64,000 nt of DNA, from the NCBI GenBank assembly GCA_050084515.1, contig CM114271.1, forward strand, positions 19,840,001 to 19,904,000, read 5' to 3'. The notes under the pieces were generated by a model, which had not been told where the DNA came from, made no database searches, and saw nothing but the letters and a program-made list of their open reading frames with translations. A program made the position numbers and the translations under genes. Every line of letters begins with the position of its first letter. Position 1 is the stretch's first letter. Positions 1 through 11,875 of this stretch are shown in pieces. This stretch comes from Blasia pusilla (taxonomy: Eukaryota).

Positions 1-524
1 GGTTGCTTTGCTGCTTCCCAGAGCAAGGGTTGCACTGTTAGAGCTGGCCAGGTGCCCTGAGGCCATGGGTTGGTTGAGATTGAAGGTAAACAGGCGCTGA
101 AGCTCTGTCCCCTTTCAGCAGAACCTAGCCACAGACAAGGACCTTCATCCTGAAAGCTTTTGCACCCACAAGCTTAGATCCGTGGGTTGTGCTTCAGAGT
201 TGTAGTTTGTGCCAAGTTGAGGAGTTGGTCTGTCTTTTATCACCTATGTCAGCCTTTTGCCTCTATACCAGTGGACAAATAATTGCCAATCTCTGCAGTC
301 AGCTGAGCTGTCCCATCTTTTGAAACCTATTGCTTCATAATCCATGATCTCAACCCCACAAGCCATGGATGAACATGTACATAGTTTTCAGGGCTGGATG
401 TTTTCAGGCTGTTTGTAAGGTTTCTCCTTGTTTGGATTGCATCTCATGTCTATGTTCAGAATGTATTTGTGTCGAAGACACATTGCTGTCACTCTGAGAT
501 ATGGTGATGTGATGAGCTCTGCAG

Positions 525-3500
525 AAAGGAGCTATCCAGGGAGGTCGTGGATCTACTGATGGGTGCAGTAGAAGGGTCAAAGAGCTTGATGGATGCCAGT
601 GACCGACTTGTGCTAAATGTGGAAGTTGCCCGGATATTTGGGGCCCTTGGATATGAGCGCAAAGCTGCTTTCTATGCTCGACAGGTGGCGCAGCTCTATC
701 AACAGCAGGACAGCTGCTGGGCTGCAATGAGCGCCCTTCAAGTTCTTACACTAACTGCTAAGTCCTATCGAGTTCAAAGCAGGGCAGGAACCACTGCACG
801 AGCAAAGAATTTGCTAGAAGTAAGACAAAAAAACCCTGTGTACTATTCTATGAGTGCCCCACATAGCATTTTTATTGATAAGCTTGGGAGGATCTGGGTA
901 CTAGCAGTTTGTGTGAAGTGGTGGTTGATTAGTAAGCTACCTACCAGTAATATATCATAAAAAGTTCCAACAGGGACTGCAAAATCGTAGATTCCAAAGC
1001 AGGGCAAAAGCTAGTGCAAGGGTAAAGAATTTGCCGCAATTAAAATACCCTCAGCACTGTGTGTCCCTAATAGCATTTTTATTGAGAAGCCTAGGAGGAT
1101 GTGCATGTGAGCAGTATTTGTAGTGTATTGGTTAATTATTAAGGAACCTGCCAGTCACAAGGTATAAGAATTTCAAAGAATAGTAGTTAATGCCTGGGAA
1201 GTGAGTGGTCGCATTCTTGATAGATCAGTGGGTGAGCAATGGTTTGACAGTGTCTCATGGTATGAGAACCTCAAAGAAAAACTGCTCATGCTTTTTGTAA
1301 TTTTGCTTTGTAGTTTCTTCAAGATAAGGATGAGCCATCTGTCGCAAAGGATAATAAGGCCCAATACAACTCCTTGGAAGTGGGAGCAGATGGACAGTGG
1401 AGCACCTTGCAGATGGACATCCTTGGTGATATGCTCGCAGCTGCAGTCCGTGCAGGAGATCCATTAGCAGCATGGAGTGCTGCTGCCCGGTTGGTGAGGA
1501 GTCACTATCCACTCATCACCCCCAGTGCCCAATTTGGTCTTGCAACAGCTCTAACTACTGCTGCTGAGCGACTTCCTATGGGCACTCGCTGCCCTGATCC
1601 TGCTCTACCTTTTGTCAGGTTTGTTGCGATCCATGCTGTGTTCTTGTGTTCCCTTACATGGCTTATGTAAGTGGAGTTTTTCACATGTTCTGATTTTTTG
1701 TGAAGAATTTTCTTTGTTATGATAAGGCTGGGGCCTCCAGCAACTCAAGAATCCAAGTTCTTATGTTCCTGGTCTTGGAAGGAATGTGGTTTTAACCCTG
1801 TGAATGAGCGCCTTCAGGCTTTGCTTTTAAAGAAATAACGATTTTGTAGGGTATGTGTCTCGTAATGACTTGATGTGAACAATAGAATTACATCTCTAAC
1901 AGGATTGGAGTTCTTGTGACATGTCTTTTTCCAGACTTCATTCTTATCCAGGCCTCCCTCCAGACATGGAAGTGGTGAAACGAACGCCAGGCAAGAAAGA
2001 CTGGTGGAATGGAGTTTCTGCTGCAGGACCCTTCATATATACACCCTTCTCGTCCAAAGCAAATGATACAGGGAGTACTTCTCAGATAATCTGGGTAGTT
2101 GGGGAACCGGTGCAGGTTCTGGTGGACCTTTCAAATCCCTGTGCTTTTGAGGTATATGTTGAGAGTATGTGTCTCTCAGTTGAATCCGGAGACTTCGAAT
2201 CATATCCTGTTTCTGTCTTACTGCCTCCGAATACATCACAGGTTCTGTCCCTATCAGGGCTTCCATTATCTGTGGGGTCTTTGGTTGTCCGAGGCTGCAT
2301 TGTGCAGTGTTTTGGTGTGGTAACAGAGCACTTGTTTGAGGAGGCTGGAGATCTTCCCGGTGTGGCACTAAGCGATCCATTCAGGAGTGTTAGTGGACCC
2401 AGAGTGAGTCACTCCAGTCATGCGGTTGTTGAGGTGATGCCAGCGTTACCTCTGTTGGTGGCTGAAGTTGTCGGAGGTGAGGGTGCAGTGGTTCTTTATG
2501 AAGGAGAAATTCGGGAAATGCTTATAAGTCTATCTAATGCTGGAGTTGTACCAGTTGTAGAGGCCACTATGACCTTGACGGGTAAACATAGAGAGCATGT
2601 TCTGTCTTTAGGGCACGATGTTTTACTTGCATCATTGCCATTACTTCCTGGAGCCTCAGTTGTGATTCCTGTAAAATTAAAAGCTGGTCAACCTACCACA
2701 GAAGTTGAGATTGTTGGTCCGAAGGGTGTTGGAGCAAGTACTGTGAAGCCTGCGAAAGATCCAGCTTGTCCAATGTTGGCAATATATTATGCAGGTGAAT
2801 ACTCTTCTTGTTTCTCCTTAATTGTGAATGATATCTCTCCTGTTCCAGAATGGCTCAACATAATCCTGGCTAGTTCATTGCTGGCCGTGCTGTGTTTTTT
2901 GTCTTCATTTATTCGATCCTTATTAAGTAAAGGAGGATGTCTCTTTGTTTGGTCTGTTAACAGACCATGTCTTTTGGCAGTGTTGGGATATGAAATGTAT
3001 GAGACAGGTTTATGTTATGACAAGCTTCTAGGTAACAAGGAGAATGATGACATTGTCAACCTTATGTAGGTGATGCCTACTGTGCAGTTACATTTCTGAT
3101 TATGCAAACTGTAATATAATTTGCAGGTCCTCCTATGGAAAGGACATCTGATGAGAGTGAGAAGGTCGTCCAGACAGAATTACCCCCTGGTAGACGACTG
3201 GCTCTTCCATTGCAATTACATGTGCTTCGTGGGCTATACTTGGTACAGGCACGTTTGTTATCTATGGAAGTACCTGCGCAGATAAGCAGGTATCTACCTG
3301 ATCCTACTACTTGTGAGAGTGAAGCCGATTCTACCTCAAGTACTTTGGTCAAGATTGATCCTTACAGAGGAAGCTGGGGTTTGCTGCTTTTGGAACTTGA
3401 ACTCTGGAATTCGACAGATGTTCTCTTTGAGATTACTGTGAGTGTCAACAAAGGGAAAGAGGCTGTAGACAAAGAGGCCACTGATGATGGATTGGTATAT

Positions 3501-4593
3501 GGCTCTCTGTATCCAAGTACTCGCATCGATCAAAACCATTCTGCACGAGTCCTCATACCGCTGGAAAGATTCAAGCTACCAGGGTTAGAAAAGGCTTTTC
3601 TGGCAAGGTCAGTAGCTAGGAAAGGTAGGCTGGTGAAACAAGATCTGCATATGAGAGAGAGTGCTGAGCCACAGACAAAGGTGCTGAATGCTACTATTGA
3701 AGAGTTAAGTTCAAGAATCTGTGTGAAATGGCACTCAGGTAGAAACAGTGCTGGAGAGTTACCAATCAAGGATGCGATTCGAGAAGCTTTACCGCTGTCA
3801 GCGATAGAAATACTCCTACCAGACCCATTGACTTTTGGTTTCAGACTTGCAAGGAGCTCCCGGTCTCCATCTAGAGACAACTTGAAGTCAACTTCTTATC
3901 ATGGGTGTTCCGAACAAAAGGTGGATGACAGTGAGGAGGCAAATGCGGCACCAATAAATCAGAAGAAAGACTCTATTTTGGCACATGAGTTAACTGCAAT
4001 TGAAATGCTAGTGCGTAATAACACTAGAGAGGCTGTGATGATGACTCTCAGTGTTACATGTCGGGATGTCACTGGTGCCAGTTGCCTGGGATCAAGTGGA
4101 GCGAAAGCAACAGTTTTGTGGGCTGGTATGTACATATATTCTCTGTTCATTTTCATTTCTCTATTCTTCAATTCATCATGAACATAATGTTCAAAATTAG
4201 TTCTGAGTGGTGCTGTCATGGTAAAGTTCGGAAAGTGCACTTGAGTAAAGGAAAATCCTTGTGTAGGCTAATGCAGCACACCATCCAGAGACTTTGGAAT
4301 CGTTTAGATCAGTTTTTAGAGCTTAAATTATACCATGGGTCTTATAAACTGGTGTGTTTTCAGGTGCTTTGAATGGAATTGATGTGGAGGTGCCAGCCCT
4401 GGGTGAGGTGGTACTTTCATTTGCATTGTGTTTTCTAGTGCCAGGGCAGTATACCCTGTTGGGGGCGGCTGTAATCAATGACTCCGATGAGCCAGAGAGT
4501 GCACAAAAAAGAAAGCTTCGCTCTGACATTTCTCCTGAGCCATTATGCTACAGTGGACCACCCTATGCTGTGAATGTCACCGGAACAAGTTGA
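525..4593 (+). CDS. TRS120: TRAPP II complex-specific subunit 120 (TRS120/TRAPPC9 homolog), 3' portion; the 5' exons lie upstream of the window. Exons 525-819, 1314-1618, 1935-2794, 3127-4125, 4364-4593
   Basis: Peptides KELSREVVDLL...GYERKAAFYARQVAQLY, QWSTLQMDIL...AAVRAGDPLAAWSAAARL, GPFIYTPF, WVVGEPVQVLVDLSNP, KIDPYRGSWGL and FLVPGQYTL match plant TRS120. All introns are GT-AG with consistent phases, and the stop TGA is at 4591-4593. Confidence 0.92.
754..1160 (+). repeat. Tandem duplication (about 200-220 bp) of the TRS120 exon 3' end plus the start of the intron
   Basis: 754-958 and 976-1160 share blocks in order: aaagcagggca, aaagaatttgc, atagcattttt(t)attga.aagc, ggaggat and acct.ccagt. 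Confidence 0.75.
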
Positions 4594-7500
4594 AATTGTA
4601 ATTACTCGTAGTTAGTAATACTGTTTATACGGAATCAGTGAGGCTTATAGGGCGTGGAGTAAAATGAGGTGGAGGAGGTTGGGACCGACCCTGTGTATGA
4701 GAAGAGGTTGGGTACCTTTTCCTCTCCTCCTGTTGTCTATATTCATGATTGCTCCTCCAGATAGTCTCAACTACTAAACCCAGGCAGATAAAGCAGCTTT
4801 TCAAGAAGATATTTATCGTTCTTTGGTAGTTAGGATGGGACATTAAACTCGACTCGAGTCCAACATCAAATGCTCATGGGTATTCATTGTAGGTCGCTCT
4901 TTCTCAGTCAAGGATCCAATTTCATAAAGGATGGTAGTGCACAATTTTCTTGTTTGGGATAACATACCTCATGCACACGATTTGTTTTGCATGGTATCTT
5001 CTGAGGAAACGGTCCTATTGTCTCTGACGTTTTTTTGGCTTTCGAATAGTTACGAGTAGTTATCATCTGGATTTTTTCTAGTTGAGGGGACGCCATGTCA
5101 CTCCCCTGCGTTGATATCTTGCAAGCTCTGTAGTTCCATTTGTATTACCTTCGTTTAAGAGCGAGATCTAGTTTACTTGGTGAGAGTGTCACTGATCGGA
5201 TCTACTAACAGTGACACAGCAGAGCACTTACAATGTAGCAAAGTTTGGAGTATACTGGTGTTAGGGCCTTATCCCATGGTTAGTCTAGATTATACCAATC
5301 CTACGGCTGAGATGATGTTTCTGTCCGCAGGAGTTGCAGAAATTTGACAGGGTAGTCAGATTTCAATCGCCCTAAAATTTTGGGCGCAAGACGAGCTTTC
5401 ATCCTCGCGCCCTCCCTGCACTGAAACCGGCTGAAAACTGCTGGCTTCAGCCGGAATTCGGTTTCTTGGGGTGGCACGATAAAGACCTTAGTTCTAATGG
5501 CGACTGTCTTTAATTTGCCCTAAGATGTAGTTTGCGCCGACGATATCTATTTGTTGCCCAAGAAAAACTGCCGGTTGATTTTGGGATCTACCGGGTAAAG
5601 TAACGTGCACTGTTAGCATAGAATTTCACTGGGCGTTTCCCTGGAAGTGCGTTGGGTTGCAGCTCGGTGAAGGAGCCGGGTAGCACTGGAAGTATGCGTG
5701 AGCTGATGAAGGAGTGCTTAATTAGGTCATATGGCCGTAGTCCAATCCAGCGCATTTTAGTGAGCAGGAAATCTATAGCAAACTGCCCGGTCTCGTGCCT
5801 TCTGGGTTTACTAATGCGTGTTCGGCCGAAAAACATCACGTGTCTTGTAGTCTCAAGCCGGTTTTGGGTGCCAAGTTTCTTAGGAATTTTACCCTAATCG
5901 AAGGCTCACTCCGGTGACAGATCAGCACTCCCGGGGATTACCAAGATGATGTGAGGTTACTAACCATGCCAGGCGGTCCGGCTATTGTAGGAGATTGTTC
6001 TCTTCATCGAAACCCTCCGTAAGAAGAAGATACGCCAGTTCTTTCGTCACTATCGCTCGAGATTGGCACATGCGAGGCTCTTCCATGATGGATCCATAAA
6101 AGATGACTTCACATATGACAGGTTAGTGCAGCTGATCTCGTGCTCCGATCTATCAGTTAGTTACCCACATCTACTGGCTGAAACACTAGACCGGGACAAG
6201 GAAACTTTAATTGAATAGACCTACTCAGACTTCACAACCGGTGCGGAATTGCACTCGGAGGCTCTCTTTGTGGAAACGAATTGGACAGTCGCGGGTTATG
6301 TAAGTTGATTATTTACGAGGAGAGGAGTTTATTTGTCATAAGATTTTGTCAAGATAGAGAGGATTTTGGATATTCTCTTCTTCGAGCAGAGAAAGTAAAG
6401 AAAGATAAAAATACTTGTATTTAATGTGGGAAAACACGAAAGGTACTCACTTATACAATGAAAAAACTTGGAAGGTACTATTGTTATGGAATGTCACCTA
6501 TGCTCATCAAATACGAGACAGAACCGCAGCTTTAGGGTCTGTAGGTGAGGGTAAGTCATCCATTTTGGGTTAGGTCTCCATGCTTCCGGACATGGCCACA
6601 CGTGTGGTACAAATTTTATTTATTTATTTTCACCAACGCGTCGTGTCCACGTACGCGATCCTAATCACGAGTATAACCTCTTTCGATATCCTCATGGACT
6701 CGAAATTCTTGAATCTTCCTAATATACTTGGACTTGCCGCGCCAATGGAGAACCGGAAGAGGAGGAAAGAAAAGCCCTGAAATTCACCAGTTTGAATTCC
6801 ATTGTTAGTATATAATCTGGAAGACCAGAAGGCGAAGCGACGATAGTCTCGGTTCGAATTCTGTTGTAGTTACTCAAGCCATCGAATCTGCTTCTCTTCA
6901 ATCAGAAATCAACACCAGAAATGACCTATTTGATTGTATTAAGTAGGCTCCAGTTTCTTGGGTATGAAGTAGCAAAACTTGAAAATTTGTTACTCAATGT
7001 CCCTCCCTCCCTCCCTCCCTCTGACCGTTCGAGTACAGAAGGGTCCATGAACAGCCCCTCTATAGAACTCATCAGCATCAAATTCCAGTGAAGGTGAGAG
7101 TATCTCAATTGGTTTTGGGTCTCCATATGTGAGGATGGTAGAATGGAATCATTGTTGGAGGAACTGTTCATGGCTGACAGATTTTCTATTGGTGCGAGTA
7201 AACGAAATCTTTAGCAGGGATGCTAGGAATAAGAGGAAATTTGTAACGACAGAGTCTTATCTCCAACACATTCACCACTGAAAGCAGAAATTTGCCAGCG
7301 AATAGAATATCTGAATCACAGCAGTACATCGCATCTATCCTCCAAGATCACGCGAATGTTCCAATAGCTACGCGAAAACCACATGAAAATACTAATTGTA
7401 TCCCATGGGAGCCACCTACGCACATTATGAAAATCACATGAAAGTACTAATTGTATCCCATGGGAGTCAGCCTTTCCAGACATCACAAAACGCGCATGGG

Positions 7501-9253
7501 GAGTGCCCCTCAAGGCCAACGTCGCAGGGGCCGACTCAATGACCAAGGGTGACGTGTTGAACTAGTTTCAGTTTCTCAAACACCGGCAATATATAGGTCT
7601 CCTTCGTATTAGTATGTAAACAGCCGGCCGGAATTTAAAAATTTTCGAAAACTATCCGGTCCCTGTTTAAACCCCATACCACAACTCTGCATTGACATCT
7701 ATTATACATGATGGCCTCTTTATTTTCCAACACGTGTCTTTCCATCCGATTCCAAACGTCAACCCATGTGATTACGACACGTGCACTCGTTTGGAACTCA
7801 TTTAAACCGATAATTAAATTATTATTGATAATAGATATTTTAAATTATCCATCATTAAGGCCGTCATCGCACGGGTTCATGATGTGTCCGCTAGTATATA
7901 TATGTAAAATAAAAGGAGATACTTCCTCTATTGCCCAGATATGTAAATTGGACACACTACAACTAGTTTCTGTTTCCGCGCAAGAACAATGAATGCAAGA
8001 GCATCCTATGGCCCGATTGGCAGCAGAAAGCGGTGTAAACTTGCCGGTTTCTCGACGGCCGCGGGGGCGATGCTCTTATTACTCGGTGCCATGAAAGGTT
8101 ACCTTCAAACAGTCCCGGAAATCTTTATAATTGTATGCTCTGATTTACTAGTCCCTAACTTCAGTTGGCGTGCAATTTCGAATCGTTGTTTTTAGGCGCC
8201 TGTCTTTTGAGTGAGGACTCGCTCTTAAGGGAAGTTGGTGCAGCTAGAGTAAGTATTTCACTCATGCCTCGGCTTTGGTAGAGCCAAGCGTCGACCACTA
8301 GAGGCTTTTGTGGTGGACGAACAGAAGCTCATGGGAAGGCCCGACAACCGTCACTGAAATGGATCGCGACTTACATACGTTCGGCGGTCAATTCGTCAGA
8401 CTCCCGTTGCTCTGGTATGTTTGTGTAATGACGCCATAGATCGATTGCGATGAAGATCAGGACAAGAGGACTACAATGAAAAGAGGCGGCAAGAAAGCAG
8501 ACAAGTGCGTGGGGCCGTGTGTATATGCAACTTCCGGTGTTACTATTTTGGCATCTGAGAGCTCTGGCAGCGTGTGGACAATGACATCCAACAACATCTT
8601 CTTGAGCGCGAATCAATGCCGAGCTACATCGCTCGGCTCACGCATAGGACCTCCCTGTCCTCTGAGATATTGGTCAGACATCGAGGTACCTACCGTACTG
8701 AGCGGCGAAGTAAGTTCTTTATGTCCGGACTTTGTAATCTTTGTTTCATGTTTAAGTTTTCTGTTCGATCTTGAAGACACCTGCCTGCCGGCCATAATGT
8801 TTATGACATTGCGCATGTGGCGGATGAAGTCCACAAAACATGCATCCCTGACAGCGGTCTAGCAGAATAATACTCTCTCGATTAGGAGTGCTACGGAAAA
8901 AAAGTTGCAAAAAATGAACATTGTTGAATCAGACCAAATCCATGACGATTCGAATTGGAGGAATGGTGGAATGCATCTTTCACAGGCATTCCTTCCTCTT
9001 CATTAGGTACCTGATTTCCGATTTTGCACTAAATCCACAAATTGGCGCGTAGCGAGTAATCTTTCAAACGCAGGCCCAAAGATTGGGCTCATAGATGACA
9101 TTGTCATTCTAGGATAATCTGATGGGAAGAAATTCAGAACAAAATGAACCACCAGGGAGTGACACACCGATTGTACACTTTGACTGAAGAAAAAGGATGC
9201 CTGGTACTGCGGCAGGTCTGTTATTTTCTCTCCTGACTAGGAGAAAGGATGAA

Positions 9254-11659
9254 TCAGCATCGCCAGGACGAAGCGGCGACGAGAGATCTGCCCTTCCAAC
9301 CCAGTACCAGGCATCCTTTTTCTTCAGTCAAAGTGTAACCATCGCTAGCGTAAAGGCCAAGCCACATGCGCACTCGCTCCAAGGATCTTTGAGCAACCGG
9401 TTGAAATCCTGCACGGCTCATTCGCCGGCGCCACTGATCCACTCTTTCATGCCTTTCAACTCGAGCTGGACCTTCACACGACACGATGTTCTTGATCTCC
9501 TCCGCAAAGTGGAACCGCTCCATTTTCACTCTCTGCGGACTGTACCTGGGCAAGATGGCTTCCAAAGAGTCAAAGATGGCGGAGTAGTAATGCAGAGCTT
9601 CCAAGAATCGGCCTAGAAAGAAGGGCCCGTTGTGGCTGGCGTCCTGCTCTACAATGGTGAGAATTTTCGGATTAAGCTCGTGAATTGACTGCAGAACCGC
9701 ATTTAGAGATCCTCTGCTCTCCTTCACCACACGATGCAGCTGCAGCGCGCTATTCACGGCCAAAGCCTCTCCCTCCCGGAGCTCGAGCATCGAGCGCTGC
9801 AAATTTTCCAGCGACTCGGTCACCACCCGAAACTCCAGCGTAACGCGATGATGCTTGGCGATCTCGGCCAGCGCCTGCCCCGCCTCCTCCATCTTCTCCG
9901 TAGACATCCCAAATCCCGTGATGCGAAGCAATCGCGGAGGACCACCTCGTCTGGACGCCAGTCCATGAATTAGATAAGGCCACTGGAATCCGTGTGTCAT
10001 GCCCAGGTCCACTATGTGAACAGCATCTTCGCCGACGAAGGCCTCGAGGATGGCCAAATTGGCCGCCAAGTGCCCGAAGGCCACGTACGGGGAAGCTCTG
10101 TAGATCAGCTGAAAGCCTTCCTGCTTCTCACTCTCGTTGGGAGGTTTTCGAGACGAGATGGTGCTTTTGAAAGGTTGCGCGCCTGTGAGGATGAGTCTAT
10201 CCGTGAGTCCTTCCATGAAACAAGCGGTTACTCGCTGCATGGAATCGCCGTTTGCAGACGCCATGTGCTGCAGCTGATGGAGCAAAATACTTGCCTGTCT
10301 GGAATCCCGGCAGGCCACAGCCTCTGCGCACGCCAGGAGTAACTGGACCATCCGCACTCCGTTGTTCTGCGGTTCGTTAGCTGTCGTTGACGCTGCGCAC
10401 GCTATTGTGTTCTCGCAATTGTTGTTCTCACCGGATCGGTTCCTGACTCTCCCAGCCGCTCCCAATCTTGCCATGGCGTTGCTCGTCTCTACTCCCATAT
10501 GCCCCACTCCTTGCGGAAAATCTAACTGCGTGATCATTCCTCCATGGTAGATCCCTGCCGCTGCTGCCGCAACCGGGGTCATTGCAGAATCCGGCGCGGA
10601 AGAGTTCGTCGAATAATTTGATTGGCATACGCCATGGCAGTTCCACCGTCCTTCGCAACTCGATCTCGATCGTTCCTTTGATACCGGGACGGACGAGCTC
10701 GAGGAATCGGATTCCTCAGCCGAGAGGGTAGTATTTAACACACCAACTTGAGGCGCGAGATCGTGACGGAACTGGTGTGGATATTGAGTACCGGCCGCAG
10801 AGGACTCATGGAGTTGAAAATCCGGAATTTTGTACGAGCGTGATCGACTAGCCGTACCTGTGGTGGGTAGCGATTGCGCACTCGGATCTGGTAAATGTAA
10901 TTCCTGATGAGAAATAGCTGGCAATTCATGAGGCGGTTGAAGCCATCGGTGCTCTAATACTTGGAGTGATGGATGAGCTTCATAACCAGATGCGAGCTCG
11001 GTCTGTGCATCCACCATCTGGTGATCCGTGCATGCGGTAATCCGGTGCTGCTCATCTACTGTGACCGAACTATTCTGCTCTTCCAAGCCATTAGATTGAA
11101 TGAAGTCAGGAAGTCCCCACTGACTACTACCGCTTGCGACAAATGTTAGGTCATTGACGGCAGTTTCCAAATCCACTGCATCACCGCATGAGGACACTGG
11201 CGCCGGCGCTGGATCGACATTCACCAACAAACAGGGACGATCATCTGTTGCAAGAAGCCATGATTCATTATCCGGGACTGACCTCACTGCCATGATTTCA
11301 TCGGACCCGGAGATCCATGCCTCGAGATTCAACAATTCATCGAGTTCCGGTGGATTGGAAGAGATCAGGTGGTCCCATGAAAGACGGGAGGGGCTGTGAA
11401 GAAAGCTGCAGGGATCGAATTCCTGCATCTGGTGCTGCTCCTCGTCTCCATCGATATCCCACATAATCGTGCTTCCGTGGTCATCCGTGGAGGACGCTGC
11501 TTCTCCATGCACGTTATTCGCCAGAAGAGAATTCTGCTCTGGTTCCTGCTGTTGCTCCCACCGCCGCTGCTGCTCCCAAACATGCAAATGCTGTTGCTGC
11601 TCCCACACATCGGCTTGGAGGCGGGGGGAAATGCACGCAGTCGAATCCAAGACCGACAT
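9254..11659 (-). CDS. RAD1: GRAS-family transcription factor, RAD1 (Required for Arbuscule Development 1)-like, intronless, 801 aa
   Basis: The ORF has a complete GRAS domain: LLLACAEAVA (LHRI), VHIVDLG (VHIID), a PFYRE region and a terminal ASSWRC (SAW). The stretch LHRVVKESRGSLNAVLQ...VEQDASHNGPFFLGRFLEALHYYSAIFDSL...FAEEIKNIVSCEGPARVERHERVDQWRRRMSRAGF closely resembles RAD1-clade proteins as I recall them. The N-terminus is long, low-complexity and Q/S-rich. Confidence 0.88.
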   Translation of the reverse strand: MSVLDSTACISPRLQADVWEQQQHLHVWEQQRRWEQQQEPEQNSLLANNVHGEAASSTDDHGSTIMWDIDGDEEQHQMQEFDPCSFLHSPSRLSWDHLISSNPPELDELLNLEAWISGSDEIMAVRSVPDNESWLLATDDRPCLLVNVDPAPAPVSSCGDAVDLETAVNDLTFVASGSSQWGLPDFIQSNGLEEQNSSVTVDEQHRITACTDHQMVDAQTELASGYEAHPSLQVLEHRWLQPPHELPAISHQELHLPDPSAQSLPTTGTASRSRSYKIPDFQLHESSAAGTQYPHQFRHDLAPQVGVLNTTLSAEESDSSSSSVPVSKERSRSSCEGRWNCHGVCQSNYSTNSSAPDSAMTPVAAAAAGIYHGGMITQLDFPQGVGHMGVETSNAMARLGAAGRVRNRSGENNNCENTIACAASTTANEPQNNGVRMVQLLLACAEAVACRDSRQASILLHQLQHMASANGDSMQRVTACFMEGLTDRLILTGAQPFKSTISSRKPPNESEKQEGFQLIYRASPYVAFGHLAANLAILEAFVGEDAVHIVDLGMTHGFQWPYLIHGLASRRGGPPRLLRITGFGMSTEKMEEAGQALAEIAKHHRVTLEFRVVTESLENLQRSMLELREGEALAVNSALQLHRVVKESRGSLNAVLQSIHELNPKILTIVEQDASHNGPFFLGRFLEALHYYSAIFDSLEAILPRYSPQRVKMERFHFAEEIKNIVSCEGPARVERHERVDQWRRRMSRAGFQPVAQRSLERVRMWLGLYASDGYTLTEEKGCLVLGWKGRSLVAASSWRC

Positions 11660-11860
11660 CGGTTCCCCAAACTCCTCCTCGTCAACGAAATCCAGCCCCA
11701 GCGGAGAACGCTTCAGGACGAGCGAGACAACCGATTCAGCCCAACCTCCAAAACGCAGAAGAGCGTCCCAAACTCTACATCACATGTTTCAAATGGGGTC
11801 GTTCATGCGTGAGACGTACTACTGCTCCACAATACCACAATACCGGAGCACTCGAAGACA

Positions 11861-11875
11861 AGAACAAGAATATAC
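11861..11875 (-). promoter_or_regulatory. Overlapping MYCS/CTTC-like motif and P1BS (PHR-binding) element upstream of RAD1
   Basis: AGAACAAGAA at 11861-11870 reads TTCTTGTTCT on the minus strand. GAATATAC at 11868-11875 fits GNATATNC. Both lie about 200 bp 5' of the RAD1 ATG. Confidence 0.55.

Noticed and set aside
1..85. Possible upstream TRS120 exon ending AAG|GTAAAC
   Set aside because: Its translation does not give the expected preceding TRS120 peptide, so it is treated as intronic.
7378..7470. Direct repeat (acatgaaa.tactaattgtatcccatgggag) x2 with a spacer, superficially CRISPR-like
   Set aside because: There are only two copies, the context is eukaryotic and there are no cas genes, so it is a simple tandem duplication.
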